From: Oligoflexales bacterium
GTDB taxonomy: Bacteria; Bdellovibrionota_B; Oligoflexia; Oligoflexales; Bog-1112
Assembly: GCA_013215275.1 (NCBI GenBank)
Contig: JABSRF010000002.1
Coordinates: 1-59,762 of the forward strand
Reading direction: 5' to 3'
DNA length: 59,762 nt
Shown here: positions 59,686-59,762 of the stretch, piece by piece
Layout: the number at the start of each line of letters is the position of its first letter
Numbering within the stretch: the stretch's first letter is position 1
The notes under the pieces: generated by a model
Database searches by the model: none
What the model was told of the DNA's origin: nothing
Seen by the model: only the letters and a program-made list of their open reading frames with translations
Position numbers and translations under genes: made by a program

Positions 59686-59762
59686 AGGTAACTCCAAATA
59701 AATATTCTACCCACTATTCATGTGTGATCAGAACGCTATATTTTGGTAGAAACGGATGCCTT
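59686..59762. repeat. Right arm of the 77-bp perfect terminal inverted repeat (partner 1-77)
   Basis: Exact reverse complement of positions 1-77. Confidence 0.97.

Overview
The window is a 59.8-kb bacterial chromosomal segment, moderately AT-rich. It is Gram-negative in type (kdsB, ftsY, NtrY/NtrX-like genes, DUF1573 protein). The lineage cannot be named from sequence alone; gene content is compatible with a Bdellovibrionota/Oligoflexia-like or related organism.

The centre (34.4-51.7 kb, + strand) is the conserved transcription/translation supercluster. It runs tRNA-Thr/Tyr/Gly/Thr, tuf, tRNA-Trp, secE, nusG, rplK, rplA, rplJ, rplL, rpoB, rpoC, rpsL, rpsG, fusA. After fusA comes a 4 x 37-bp tandem repeat, then convergent tRNA-Val and ftsY.

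The left 34 kb mixes housekeeping genes with signalling genes and large orphan proteins:
- Housekeeping: K+-type membrane pyrophosphatase, pyrD, HD hydrolase, kdsB, infC, tadA, rlmB.
- Signalling: two histidine kinases, four receiver-domain proteins including the NtrX-like activator, a PrkA kinase and a PIN-PhoH ATPase.
- Orphans with no assignable function.

The right 8 kb carries three hypothetical proteins, an HU-type protein and two ABC permeases.

I did not find a recognisable defence island, CRISPR array, prophage or transposase. The points most worth a second look are:
1. The first and last 77 nt of the window are perfect inverted repeats.
2. Charge-extreme proteins: a 144-aa K/T/A-only histone-H1-like protein, an HU domain with a polylysine tail, a 678-aa protein with a hyperacidic region of about 385 aa, and an acidic N-terminal extension on NusG.
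3. Several enzyme-like proteins whose catalytic motifs look lost by eye: an ImmA-like protein, a tyrosine-recombinase-like protein and an SMC/YhaN-like coiled-coil protein.
4. A near-consensus sigma-54 -24/-12 element directly upstream of an infC gene that has no ATG codon in its reading frame.
5. The 37-bp tandem repeat.

All functional calls come from by-eye motif recognition on the supplied translations. No database search was run.
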